From the NCBI GenBank assembly GCA_038885755.1, contig JAVZZH010000001.1, forward strand, positions 1-64,000: 64,000 bases of DNA, written 5' to 3'. The notes under the pieces were generated by a model that was given only the letters and a program-made list of their open reading frames with translations, had not been told where the DNA came from and searched no databases. A program made the translations under genes and the position numbers. The DNA comes from Candidatus Caldarchaeum sp. (GTDB lineage: Archaea; Thermoproteota; Nitrososphaeria_A; Caldarchaeales; Caldarchaeaceae). The first letter of the stretch is position 1. Every line of letters starts with the position of its first letter. Positions 1-9,603 of the stretch are shown piece after piece.

Positions 1-1303
1 CGCACCGGAGTCGGACTACGTTGTTGAGGATGTCGTGGCTGAGGTTGAGACTAAGGAGGGCAGGGTGCCCGTTAAACTGTTCCACCGATGGTCTGTCCGC
101 AAGCCAAGGCCTTTCAGCAAAAGACTCGACCCCGAGGTTCCGACCATCACAGGCCAACGTGTCCTAGACACTTTCTTCCCCCTGTCGAAGGGAGGCACGG
201 CCTGCATACCGGGGGCGTTCGGCACCGGAAAGACCGTGACGCTTCACCAGCTTGCGAAGTGGAGCGATACGAAAGTCATCTTCCACGTGGGATGCGGCGA
301 GAGGGGGAACGAGGAGTCGGAGGTTTTGACCGAGTTCCCGCACCTCAAGGACCCTGCCACGGGAAGGCCTTTGATGGAGAGGACTGTTCTGATCGCCAAC
401 ACGAGCAACATGCCCGTAGCCGCGAGAGAGGCCAGCATATACACAGGAGTCACCATGGCTGAATATTTCAGGGACATGGGCTACGACGTCCTCCTTGTGG
501 CGGACTCGACGAGCAGGTGGGCTGAAGCCCTGAGAGAGATTAGCGGCAGGCTGGAGGAGATGCCCGCTGAAGAAGGCTACCCGAGCTATCTGGCTAGCAG
601 GCTGGCCGAGTTCTACGAGAGGGCTGGAAGAGTCGTCACCCTAGGCAGGCCTGAACGGGTTGGAAGCGTGAGCCTCGTCGGAGCTGTAAGCCCTCCCGGC
701 GGGGACTTTACGGAACCCGTAACGACTCACACGATGAGGTTCATCAGGACCTTCTGGGCGCTCGATGCAAACCTAGCCTACACCAGACACTACCCGGCAA
801 TAAACTGGATTACTTCTTACTCCGCCTACGTCGATACTGTTAGGAAGTGGTGGGCTGAGAATGTTTCACCCGACTGGTATGACTTGCGTTTTCAAGCCTA
901 CAGGCTGCTTCAGAGGGAGGCCGACCTTCTCGAGCTGGTGAGGCTTTTGGGGCCCGAGGCTCTGCCCGACGATGAGAAGCTCATACTTGACGTGGCTAGG
1001 ATGATCAGGGAGGGTTTTCTGCAGCAGAGCGCTTACGACGAAGTCGACTCGTACTGTCCCCCGCCGAAGCAGGTTAAGCTGTTGAATCTCTTCGTAAAGT
1101 TCCACAAGCTGGCTGAAGAAGCTCTGCGGAGGGGAGTTCCGCTGAGAGAGATAAGAGCCATGCCTATAATTCCTAAGCTTATAAGGGCTAAGTATGAAGT
1201 GCCTAACGACAGGCTCGACCTGATCGTCGAGCTGGAGAGAGCGATGGAGGAGAGCTTCAACAAGCTCATGGCTGCTGAGAAAGCCGAGGTGAGGGCTGCA
1301 TGA
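1..1303 (+). CDS. atpA: A/V-type ATP synthase subunit A (5' end lies outside the window)
   Basis: Walker [52 protein letters not shown]; frame is open to the window edge. Confidence 0.97.
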   Translation, partial: APESDYVVEDVVAEVETKEGRVPVKLFHRWSVRKPRPFSKRLDPEVPTITGQRVLDTFFPLSKGGTACIPGAFGTGKTVTLHQLAKWSDTKVIFHVGCGERGNEESEVLTEFPHLKDPATGRPLMERTVLIANTSNMPVAAREASIYTGVTMAEYFRDMGYDVLLVADSTSRWAEALREISGRLEEMPAEEGYPSYLASRLAEFYERAGRVVTLGRPERVGSVSLVGAVSPPGGDFTEPVTTHTMRFIRTFWALDANLAYTRHYPAINWITSYSAYVDTVRKWWAENVSPDWYDLRFQAYRLLQREADLLELVRLLGPEALPDDEKLILDVARMIREGFLQQSAYDEVDSYCPPPKQVKLLNLFVKFHKLAEEALRRGVPLREIRAMPIIPKLIRAKYEVPNDRLDLIVELERAMEESFNKLMAAEKAEVRAA

Positions 1304-2697
1304 CGCTGGAGAGAACAGGGCTCGAGTATCTCTCGGTACAGGAGATCAAGGGCCCTTTGATGATCGTAGGCGGTGTCTCAGGAGTTGCATACGACGAGCT
1401 CGTGGAGATTGAGACTTCTGAGGGTGAAAGAAGGCTGGGCAGAGTGATCGAGGTAGGAGAGGGAAGAGCCGTGGTCCAGATCTTCGAAGGCACTCAAGGC
1501 CTATCCATCGAGGGAACGAGAGCACGGTTCCTGGGAACTACTCTTCAGATCCCTGTATCTACAGAGATGCTGGGAAGAGTATTCGACGGTCTTGGAAGAC
1601 CTCTAGACGGCTTGCCTGAGCCCATAGCTGAGGAGACTTTGGACATCAACGGCGAGCCCATAAACCCAGAGCAGCGAGAATACCCCTCCGACTTCATACA
1701 GACAGGAATTTCGTCGATAGACGGCATGAACAGCCTCGTCCGAGGCCAGAAGCTGCCCATCTTCTCAGGCGCGGGCCTCACTCACAACATGCTGGCCGCT
1801 CAGATCGCGAGGCAGGCGACGGTCCCGGGTAAGGAGGAGGAGTTCGCCGTGATATTCGCAGCCGTCGGAGTGCAGAACGACGAAGCCCGCTTCTTCAGGA
1901 GAAGCCTCGAGGAAAGCGGGGCCATAAGCAGGAGTACTCTCTTTCTCAACCTAGCCGACGACCCGGCCATCGAGAGGATCGTCACGCCGAGGATAGCCCT
2001 TACTCTGGCTGAATACCTAGCGTTCAAGCAGGGGTACCATGTTCTCGTCATCATAACAGACATCACAAACTACGCCGAGGCGTTGAGGGAGGTGAGCGCT
2101 GCTAGGGAAGAGGTGCCGGGCAGGAAGGGCTATCCAGGATACATGTACACCGACTTGGCGTCGATCTACGAGAGAGCCGGCAGGATCAAGGGTTTGAAGG
2201 GGAGCTTGACGCAGATGCCGATCCTCAGCATGCCGAGCGACGACATCACCCACCCGATACCCGACTTGACCGGATACATCACCGAGGGCCAGATAGTTCT
2301 GTCAAGAGACCTCTACAGGAAAGGGATATACCCGCCTGTAAACGTTTTGATGAGCCTCAGCAGGCTGATGGGGCCCGGCATCATATCACAGAAGAGAACA
2401 CGTTCAGACCATGGAGACGTCAGCAACCAGCTCTACGCAGCCTACGCAAGAGCTGTCCAGCTACGTTCCTTGGCTGAGATCGTCGGGACGGCAGGGCTTT
2501 CAGAGACCGACCTAAAGTATCTCGAGTTCGGCGACCTCTTCGAGCAGCGTTTCCTGAAACAAGCCTACACCGAGAACAGAACTCTCGACCAAACTATCGA
2601 GATTGCGTGGGACATCCTGTCAACTCTCCCCGAGGCGGAGCTGACAAAAATAAAGGAGGAGCATGTCAAGAAGCACTACAGGAAGCGGGTGGGTTAA
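1300..2697 (+). CDS. atpB: A/V-type ATP synthase subunit B
   Basis: [46 protein letters not shown]; ATGA overlap with atpA; SD GAGGTGA. Confidence 0.97.
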   Translation: MTLERTGLEYLSVQEIKGPLMIVGGVSGVAYDELVEIETSEGERRLGRVIEVGEGRAVVQIFEGTQGLSIEGTRARFLGTTLQIPVSTEMLGRVFDGLGRPLDGLPEPIAEETLDINGEPINPEQREYPSDFIQTGISSIDGMNSLVRGQKLPIFSGAGLTHNMLAAQIARQATVPGKEEEFAVIFAAVGVQNDEARFFRRSLEESGAISRSTLFLNLADDPAIERIVTPRIALTLAEYLAFKQGYHVLVIITDITNYAEALREVSAAREEVPGRKGYPGYMYTDLASIYERAGRIKGLKGSLTQMPILSMPSDDITHPIPDLTGYITEGQIVLSRDLYRKGIYPPVNVLMSLSRLMGPGIISQKRTRSDHGDVSNQLYAAYARAVQLRSLAEIVGTAGLSETDLKYLEFGDLFEQRFLKQAYTENRTLDQTIEIAWDILSTLPEAELTKIKEEHVKKHYRKRVG

Positions 2698-2700
2698 ACC

Positions 2701-3849
2701 ATCCTCCAAGAAAGATACAGATGGTTTCTGCTAGGCTGGCTTTTCGGCGACCGCATAATCTACACGCTGAACTGGCTCGCCATCTCTCCAGCCCAGCCGT
2801 TCATAGCTAAGGAGCTTGGAGCCGACATAACTTCTCTGGGTTTGCTGGGAGCTGTCTTCCTCGTAGGCATCGGGGGGTTTCAGATACCGGCTGGACTAGT
2901 GGCTTCAAGATACGGGCCGAGGAGGACGGCTTTTTTCGGGCTGGGTCTTTCGTCTTTCTTTTCATTTCTCTGCGGGTTGGCGCCGTCGTTCGAGCTTCTT
3001 TTAATCTTCAGGTTCTTGACCGGCACGTTCATGAGCTTCTTCTTCGGCCCCGGAATCGCCTTCATCATTCCCTACTTCAGCGTCAAGGAGAGGGGGGTGG
3101 CGCTGGGTCTTTACAACGGCGGGTTCCACGTCGGCTCCCTAATCGCACTCGGCGCATGGCCGTTCATCATCACCTCGATGGGCTGGAGGCTCGGGCTTGT
3201 AATGCCGGGCGCGCTAGGCGTCTTGATGGCAGCCGCCACGTTGGCTGTGTCGAAATCAGGGGAAAAGAAACCCGTCGAGAAGAAAGTTGAGCTGAGCATC
3301 TTGAAAAACAAGGTCGTCTGGCTCTCGGCCTTAGGCTTGACGTTTTCAGGAGGCTCGTGGTATCCTTTGACGCAGTTCGGAATACTCTACCTCAACTCGG
3401 ACGTCGGTCTCGGGCTTGAGACTGCAGGGTTGTTGATGGCGTCGATGAGCGTGGGCAGCGTGGTTGCCTCGCCGTTCATGGGCAGGATGTACGACTCGGC
3501 TCCTTCGAAGAAGATTTTCATAACAGCGGTCAACGCAGCAATAGCAGCCGCAATCACAGCAGTCTCGGTGAAGAACGTAGCCGTAATCTCCTCCTCAGTG
3601 TTCATCTTAGGAATTCTTTACATGGGAGTATACACCGTCTACTACCTCATACCGATGGAGAGGGTTGACGTCCGGGATGTTCCTGTAGCGATTGCATTGG
3701 TCAACAGCGTCCAGCTAGTGGCTGGGTCCGTTCTCCCCTACCTGTTCGCATCGGCTGCCGCAGGCTTCGGCTACGGGTTCGCTTGGATGCTTCTCGGAGC
3801 TGTGAGCGCTCTTTCTCTGGCTGTGTCCAGCCGGATACGTTTTAATTAA
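2701..3849 (+). CDS. MFS transporter (start uncertain: frame open from 2698, first canonical start is TTG at 2842)
   Basis: About 12 hydrophobic segments; motif-A-like GLVASRYGPRR and GRMYDSAPSKK; the TM1-like sequence RYRWFLLGWLFGDRIIYTLNW is upstream of the ORF-track start. Confidence 0.85.
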   Translation: MLQERYRWFLLGWLFGDRIIYTLNWLAISPAQPFIAKELGADITSLGLLGAVFLVGIGGFQIPAGLVASRYGPRRTAFFGLGLSSFFSFLCGLAPSFELLLIFRFLTGTFMSFFFGPGIAFIIPYFSVKERGVALGLYNGGFHVGSLIALGAWPFIITSMGWRLGLVMPGALGVLMAAATLAVSKSGEKKPVEKKVELSILKNKVVWLSALGLTFSGGSWYPLTQFGILYLNSDVGLGLETAGLLMASMSVGSVVASPFMGRMYDSAPSKKIFITAVNAAIAAAITAVSVKNVAVISSSVFILGILYMGVYTVYYLIPMERVDVRDVPVAIALVNSVQLVAGSVLPYLFASAAAGFGYGFAWMLLGAVSALSLAVSSRIRFN

Positions 3850-3898
3850 CCACTTGTCAGTGGTTAAATCTTATATACCGACGAGGAGCAGGAACAAC

Positions 3899-4372
3899 AT
3901 GGACGTCTTCGAAAAGGCCGAAACGATAATGGAGAGCGCGTTAGTCTCAGCACTAAGCGTAGTATCACCATCAGGCCAAGTCTCCTCGCATCCTATGCTC
4001 CCGCTGTACAGCAGGGAGAGAAGAAGGTTATACTTCACCTCAAGCATCCTCTTCAGCAAGAAGGCCGAGTACGTCAAGAAAAACCCCAAGGTCGGCGTGC
4101 TGTTCAGCGGTAGACAATTCATCAAAGCACCCTTCTACGCGGCGGTGCATGTCAAGGGCGACGCCAAGGTCTACGAGGAAAACCTCCACGACGGCTGGAT
4201 GTGGCTGCTCGACCTGTGGAGAAAAAAGGAGCCCTACATAGAGGCCTACGTAAAACAGCGTATCGCTCTGCCTCTTTTCTGGGAGAGGATAGTCATAGAG
4301 GTCGAGCCCCGTGAGATTCTTTTGTGGGAGGAGGGAGACGCACTGAAGGAGCCGAGGAGGTGGACTAGATGA
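3899..4372 (+). CDS. PNPOx-like split beta-barrel flavin/F420-binding protein
   Basis: LSVVSPSGQVSSHPM, LYFTSS..SKK...KKNPKVGVLF and VHVKGDA match the PNPOx/FDOR pattern; ATG at 3899 with TTATA about 25 nt upstream. Confidence 0.75.
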   Translation: MDVFEKAETIMESALVSALSVVSPSGQVSSHPMLPLYSRERRRLYFTSSILFSKKAEYVKKNPKVGVLFSGRQFIKAPFYAAVHVKGDAKVYEENLHDGWMWLLDLWRKKEPYIEAYVKQRIALPLFWERIVIEVEPREILLWEEGDALKEPRRWTR

Positions 4373-5682
4373 ATGTAGCGGTTGAGCAGTTCAGCGACAC
4401 CGTGGTCTCCTTCGTAGACGACGACGGCTATCCCGTGAGCATACCGACGAAACTCAAGCCGACGGACGGTGGATTCACAGCCGACTGGCCCACATACATC
4501 AAACCGAAAAAACACGCCACCCTGTTGTTCAACCACATCACGCCGCTTCAGACGGGAGGATATACCGACAGAAGATACTTGATGGTCAGAGCAGTCGTGA
4601 ACGCGGTGGGCGACAGGCTTCTTTTCAAGCCTGTCAAGTCTTACGGCTGGGACGAGCAGAAAACACCCTTCTTCCAGTACTGCGAGGAGAAGCTGGGTCA
4701 GGCGAAGAACTATCTGGCGAAGCTCAGCTCGTCGTTGGGCAGGCCCGTCAAGCCAAGGCTGCCGACCCTTCAGCTACTCTTCAGAGCAACAAGGTTCCCG
4801 TTCTTGACCGCAACGGCCGCACCGGTTCTGATAGGCGCCGGCTCAGCATCCTACCTAGGCTATTTTGACCCTGTCCTCTTCATACTCACTCTGATAGGCG
4901 CGAGCCTTATACATCTCGGCCTCAACATGACCAACGACTACTTCGACCACAGGACGGGGGCTGATGAGAAGAACGTCATGCCGACGCCTTTCAGCGGAGG
5001 CTCCAGAATAATCCAGTACGGCCTGCTGACCTCGAGGCAGGTAGCGTTGATGTCGTCCCTGCTATACATCGCGGGAGCCTCTGTCGGCATCTACCTAGCC
5101 CTTCTGAGAGGACTCGTCCCCATCCTAACCTTGATGGCCGTCGGAATCCTGATAAGCATCGCCTACACAGCTCCCCCGTTCAAGCTGGCCTACAGGGGCT
5201 TGGGCGAAGCGTCTGTCGGCATAGGTTTCGGGCCGGTGATCGTGCTCGGCAGCCACTACGTCCAAGCGCAGACCTTCAGCCTTCACGCACTCCTTGCCTC
5301 AATACCCATCGGACTATTCATCACTCTGATACTGTACGTCAACGAGATACCCGACGCACCCTACGACAGGCAGGCCGGAAAGAACACTCTCGTGGCGAGA
5401 CTTTCGAGGAAGCAGGTAGTCTCGCTTTACAAGGCTTTGCTGGCAGCCGCTTACGCAGTCATCCTTCTCTCCGCAGCAGCAGGCTACGCGCCGCTCACGA
5501 CGCTCATCGCATTGGCAACAATTCCGACAGCGGTAAAAACAGTCAAAATGGTCAACCAGACCTACGGCAATACATACCTCATGATCCCAGCCCTAGCCTC
5601 CAACATCAAAGTAGCTACGTTGACAGGCCTCCTACACGCCCTAGGCTTCTTCATCTGGGCCCTTGGCTCCATGCTGCTGTGA
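4369..5682 (+). CDS. MenA/UbiA-family prenyltransferase with an N-terminal split-barrel-like domain
   Basis: Asp-rich motifs NDYFDHRTGAD and NEIPDAPYDRQAGKNTL, SGGSR, YTAPPFKLAYRGLGE; extra ~130 aa soluble N-terminus VVSFVDDDGYPVSIP. Confidence 0.85.
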   Translation: MNVAVEQFSDTVVSFVDDDGYPVSIPTKLKPTDGGFTADWPTYIKPKKHATLLFNHITPLQTGGYTDRRYLMVRAVVNAVGDRLLFKPVKSYGWDEQKTPFFQYCEEKLGQAKNYLAKLSSSLGRPVKPRLPTLQLLFRATRFPFLTATAAPVLIGAGSASYLGYFDPVLFILTLIGASLIHLGLNMTNDYFDHRTGADEKNVMPTPFSGGSRIIQYGLLTSRQVALMSSLLYIAGASVGIYLALLRGLVPILTLMAVGILISIAYTAPPFKLAYRGLGEASVGIGFGPVIVLGSHYVQAQTFSLHALLASIPIGLFITLILYVNEIPDAPYDRQAGKNTLVARLSRKQVVSLYKALLAAAYAVILLSAAAGYAPLTTLIALATIPTAVKTVKMVNQTYGNTYLMIPALASNIKVATLTGLLHALGFFIWALGSMLL

Positions 5683-5719
5683 GACAACCTTTAAAACCAT
5701 CTGATCAGAACTATTCCGC

Positions 5720-6796
5720 ATGGCGAAGAGACCGGCTGCGAAACCAACCTACGTGGGCAAACTTCAAGGAAGAGACTTCCTGAATACAAACGACTTTAGC
5801 CAAGAGGAGATAAACAACATACTCAAAGCAGCTAGGGACTTGAGGCAGAGGTTCAGGGCGAAGAAACCAACCGACTATCTCAAAGGCCAGACGCTTTTCA
5901 TGCTCTTCTACAACAGGTCTCTCAGAACCCGAAACTCGTTCGAGGCGGGCATCTACCAGCTGGGAGGCCACGCACACTTCCTAAGCCCCTCAGACGTCTA
6001 CACTCCAACCCTGCCAGAGGACATGATACCGTACCAGACAGAGTCGATAGCGGATGTTGCACGAGTGCTAAGCACTTACGGCGACGCCATAGCCGTCAGA
6101 ATCTACGGAGATGCCGCGAAATGGCACATCGGGAGAGGGCACAGAGTGATTCAGGAGTTCGCCAAGTGGAGCAGCGTTCCCGTCCTCAACATGGAGGACG
6201 ACATCTACCACCCCTTCCAAGCGCTGGCCGACATAATGGCGATAACAGATGTAGCGCCTAAACCTCAGGGGAAGAAGTTCGTCGTCTCCTACGCATACTC
6301 AGGCGGTTTGAAGCCGCTGGCCGTTCCTCAAAGCTGCATCCTGATAGGTACTCAGTTCGGCATGGACGTGGTGCTAGCCCACCCACCCGGCTTCGAGCTC
6401 GAGGACCACGTGATAGAGGCGTGCAGGAAAAACGTCGAGAAGTACGGCGGCTCTTTCACAATATCCCACGACATGAAAGAGGCGTTCGAGGGCGCTGACT
6501 TCGTATACCCCAAGGCATGGTCTCCGAAGAAGTTCTTCCCACCCTACAACTCCATCGTAGACAAAGAAGGCGCCACAAAATACCAAGACGGCTACAAGAG
6601 CTGGATATGCACCCAGGAACTGATGGACCTGACAAACAAGGGTAAGTATATGCATTGCGGCCCAGCCGACAGAGGGCAGGAGGTTGTCGACGAAGTTATC
6701 GACAACCCCAGCTACTCGCTGTATTTCCAGCAGGCTGAGAACAGGCTCCACGTCCAGAAAGCCGTGATGTCGATGGTTATGGGTCGCAGGAGATGA
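5720..6796 (+). CDS. Carbamoyltransferase, YgeW/AOTCase-like
   Basis: FYNRSLRTRNSFE, HPFQALAD, YAYSGGLKPLAVPQS (resembles YgeW WAYSPSYGKPLSVPQ), HCGPADRGQEV, QAENRLH. Confidence 0.85.
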   Translation: MAKRPAAKPTYVGKLQGRDFLNTNDFSQEEINNILKAARDLRQRFRAKKPTDYLKGQTLFMLFYNRSLRTRNSFEAGIYQLGGHAHFLSPSDVYTPTLPEDMIPYQTESIADVARVLSTYGDAIAVRIYGDAAKWHIGRGHRVIQEFAKWSSVPVLNMEDDIYHPFQALADIMAITDVAPKPQGKKFVVSYAYSGGLKPLAVPQSCILIGTQFGMDVVLAHPPGFELEDHVIEACRKNVEKYGGSFTISHDMKEAFEGADFVYPKAWSPKKFFPPYNSIVDKEGATKYQDGYKSWICTQELMDLTNKGKYMHCGPADRGQEVVDEVIDNPSYSLYFQQAENRLHVQKAVMSMVMGRRR

Positions 6797-7821
6797 AGAT
6801 CCACGACGACGTTCTGGACCTCATAGGGGGCACGCCGCTCCTCAAGCTGTCGAGGATTCCGAGGGAGGAGGGCGTTGAGGCCGAGGTCTACGCCAAGCTG
6901 GAGTTCTACAACCCGACGGGAAGCCTCAAGGACAGGATCTACAGGGAGATGATCACTAAGGCTGTCGAGAGGGGAGACCTCAGGCCAGGCATGGAGATCC
7001 TCGAGGTATCGACGGGCAACGCAGGCATAGCCTGCAGCTTCGTAGGCACTCATCTAGGCTACAGGGTGACGATCGTGATGCCTGAGGGGATGAGCGAGGA
7101 AAGAAAACAGCTTATCAAGGCTTTCGGAGGCGAGCTCGTCTTCACGCCCGGCGCCGAGAGCGACGTCGACCTCAGCCTGAAGAAGGCTGAGTCTATGATG
7201 GCCTCGAGCCCGGGAAAGTACTGGTTCCCCAACCAGTTCACGAACCCCGACAACGTGCAGGCCCACGTCAAGACGACGGGGCCCGAGATATGGGACCAGT
7301 CAGGAGGTAAAGTCGACTGCTTCGTCATGTCGCAGGGCTCTGGCGGAACGGTCTCAGGGGTGGGCAGGTTTCTGAAGAGCAAGAACCCCAGCATAAAAGT
7401 CTACACGGCTGAGCCAAGCGAGGCCCCTATAATATCGGACGGCGTCTGGGGCTCGCACAAGATCGAGGGTATTGGAGACGGGTTCATTCCACGCAACCTA
7501 GACCTAGGAGTCCTCGACGGAGTCGTGACAGTGTCTTCGGCCGAGTCGATAGAGATGACGAAGAAGCTCGCGAGGCTGGAGGGAGTTTTCTGCGGCATTT
7601 CATCCGGATGCAACGTCGCAGCAGCCATCAAGGTCGCCAAGAGACATCCACGTCTCCGCCGTATCATAACTCTGGTCTGCGACTCGGGAAACCGCTATCT
7701 CTCGACAGAAGCCTTCGGCCCCGGCAAGAAAGCCGCTATCCCTGAGCGTGAGCATGTCTTGGACGAGTATACAGTCGAACAGCGGCAGAAGCATCTTTCA
7801 AGGCTGGAAATCGTGAGGTAG
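6793..7821 (+). CDS. PLP-dependent cysteine synthase (CysK/M)-family protein
   Basis: IGGTPL, KLEFYNPTGSLKDR (PLP lysine), HKIEGIGDGFIP, GISSG; substrate loop STGNAG is atypical. Confidence 0.85.
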   Translation: MKIHDDVLDLIGGTPLLKLSRIPREEGVEAEVYAKLEFYNPTGSLKDRIYREMITKAVERGDLRPGMEILEVSTGNAGIACSFVGTHLGYRVTIVMPEGMSEERKQLIKAFGGELVFTPGAESDVDLSLKKAESMMASSPGKYWFPNQFTNPDNVQAHVKTTGPEIWDQSGGKVDCFVMSQGSGGTVSGVGRFLKSKNPSIKVYTAEPSEAPIISDGVWGSHKIEGIGDGFIPRNLDLGVLDGVVTVSSAESIEMTKKLARLEGVFCGISSGCNVAAAIKVAKRHPRLRRIITLVCDSGNRYLSTEAFGPGKKAAIPEREHVLDEYTVEQRQKHLSRLEIVR

Positions 7822-7844
7822 AAAAGCTTTATTTCCTTAATTTT

Positions 7845-8330
7845 ATGAAAACAGGCGTGGATAATAGTGGTGTTTTGACCGACAAAGTTCTCGGCGGCAG
7901 GGTGTTTGTACTGTCTGCGAAGACGTTTGTAGAGACCGTTAAAATGCTGGGCGCCTCGATTTCTCAGCCTGCTGCAGACGCATTGTTCTGGAACATGGGG
8001 CACCGGTATGGTTTGGCGTTGGGCAACAAGTTCAAGGAGAAATCGCCAGACGAGGGCATCATGATCCTATCTGTTGCTGCTATGAACTCCGGCTGGGGTT
8101 TGCCACAAGTGGTGAACAACTACTACTCCGAGGGCGTGATAGAGGTTTCTTTCGAGAACTGTGTATTCTGCGACGGGTTGTCTGGCTCGGACAGCCCCAG
8201 ATGCTACTTCTTAGCTGGGGTTCTCACCGGAATAGCTGAAAGCCTTTATCACGAGCGCTTCAAAACCCTCGAGACCGAATGCATTGCAAAGAACAACCAA
8301 GTCTGCAGGTTCGTAATCCGGAAAGAATGA
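7845..8330 (+). CDS. Stand-alone V4R-domain protein
   Basis: GWG, CVFC, CYFLAGVLTG, ETECIAKNNQVCRF. Confidence 0.8.
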   Translation: MKTGVDNSGVLTDKVLGGRVFVLSAKTFVETVKMLGASISQPAADALFWNMGHRYGLALGNKFKEKSPDEGIMILSVAAMNSGWGLPQVVNNYYSEGVIEVSFENCVFCDGLSGSDSPRCYFLAGVLTGIAESLYHERFKTLETECIAKNNQVCRFVIRKE

Positions 8331-9583
8331 CGGTCTTACGTATGTATGTCGAGAAGCTTGTCTGCTCCCGCTGCGGATCCGAGTACGATATCAGAGAAAG
8401 CCCCGTGATGTGTAGTAAAAATGATTTGGGGAGGTTGGATGTTGTCTATGACTACGACCGGTTGATGGAGAGTCTGTCGAGGGACGGGGTTTCGAGGAGG
8501 AAGATGGGCGGCGTCTGGCGGTACTGGGAGCTCCTGCCAGTCGATAAAAAATTCGCCGCGTCTTTGATGGAGGGCGGCACCCCGTTGGTCAAAGCCACTC
8601 GTCTCGCAAGCCACCTAGGGTTCAAGGCTGTTTACGTCAAGGATGAGACGAGGAACCCTACCGCTTCCTTCAAGGACAGGGCCATGGCTGTTGGCGTCGC
8701 CAAGGCGGTTGAAACTGGACGTAGGGACGTCGTCATAGCTTCCAGCGGGAACGCTGCCTCGTCTCTGGCGGCTTACAGCGCGTCCATGGGCCTGAGGTGC
8801 CATGCGTTCGTCCCCGAGGACGTGTCGACGGGCAAGGCTTCGCAGCTTCTACTTTACGGTGCTAAGGTTCTACGTGTCAGGCAGACAGTCGAGGGCAGAG
8901 ACCCGACCGTCGACCTCATGCTCCAAGCGGTTTCCAAGCTAGGCTGGTATCCCTGCCCCAGCTTCGGCCCCTTCAACCCCTATCAAGTAGAGGGACCCAA
9001 GACGATTGCCTACGAGGTTCTCGAGCAGCTGGGCTGGGTTGTTCCAGACGCCGTTCTCGTTCCCACGGGTTCGGGATGCTTGGCTGCAGGTGTTTGGAAG
9101 GGGTTGAGAGACATGATGCGGCTTGGATGGATAGACAGCTATCCAAAACTCATACCTGTCCAGCCGGCTGGGAACCAGCCTCTAGCAAGAGCCATCAAGA
9201 AGGGAATGAGCTACTCCGAGATCGAGCCGGAGAAAAACCCGCGCTCGATAGCCTCGGGTCTTCTCGACCCGTATCCATGGGACGGGGACGCTGCCATCGA
9301 AGGAGTCAGGGCTACGAACGGCTTCGCCGAGACTGTTGAGGAGGATGAGATCAGGGAATCTGTCCGCTTTCTGGCGAGGTTGGAGGGAATTTTCGCAGAG
9401 CCTTCTGGAGCCGTCGGCGTCCTAGCCGCTAAGAAACTCCTAGACCAAGGGGTTTTAGACCCCTCGGACACGGTGGTAATTCTCGCCACGGGTTCGGGGC
9501 TGAAGGAGCCTGAGAAGGTTGTCTCGGGCGAGACCATTCCAACCATCTCTCCAGACCTCGACAGCCTGTTGAAGTTTTTATAA
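8327..9583 (+). CDS. Threonine synthase-like PLP enzyme (fold type II) with N-terminal Zn ribbon
   Basis: CSRCG, EGGTPL, KDETRNPTASFKDR, SSGNAA, VPTGSG, TGSGLK; ATG at 8327 overlaps the V4R stop (ATGA). Confidence 0.85.
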   Translation: MTVLRMYVEKLVCSRCGSEYDIRESPVMCSKNDLGRLDVVYDYDRLMESLSRDGVSRRKMGGVWRYWELLPVDKKFAASLMEGGTPLVKATRLASHLGFKAVYVKDETRNPTASFKDRAMAVGVAKAVETGRRDVVIASSGNAASSLAAYSASMGLRCHAFVPEDVSTGKASQLLLYGAKVLRVRQTVEGRDPTVDLMLQAVSKLGWYPCPSFGPFNPYQVEGPKTIAYEVLEQLGWVVPDAVLVPTGSGCLAAGVWKGLRDMMRLGWIDSYPKLIPVQPAGNQPLARAIKKGMSYSEIEPEKNPRSIASGLLDPYPWDGDAAIEGVRATNGFAETVEEDEIRESVRFLARLEGIFAEPSGAVGVLAAKKLLDQGVLDPSDTVVILATGSGLKEPEKVVSGETIPTISPDLDSLLKFL

Positions 9584-9603
9584 CGCACTGAGTGAGCTGA
9601 ACC

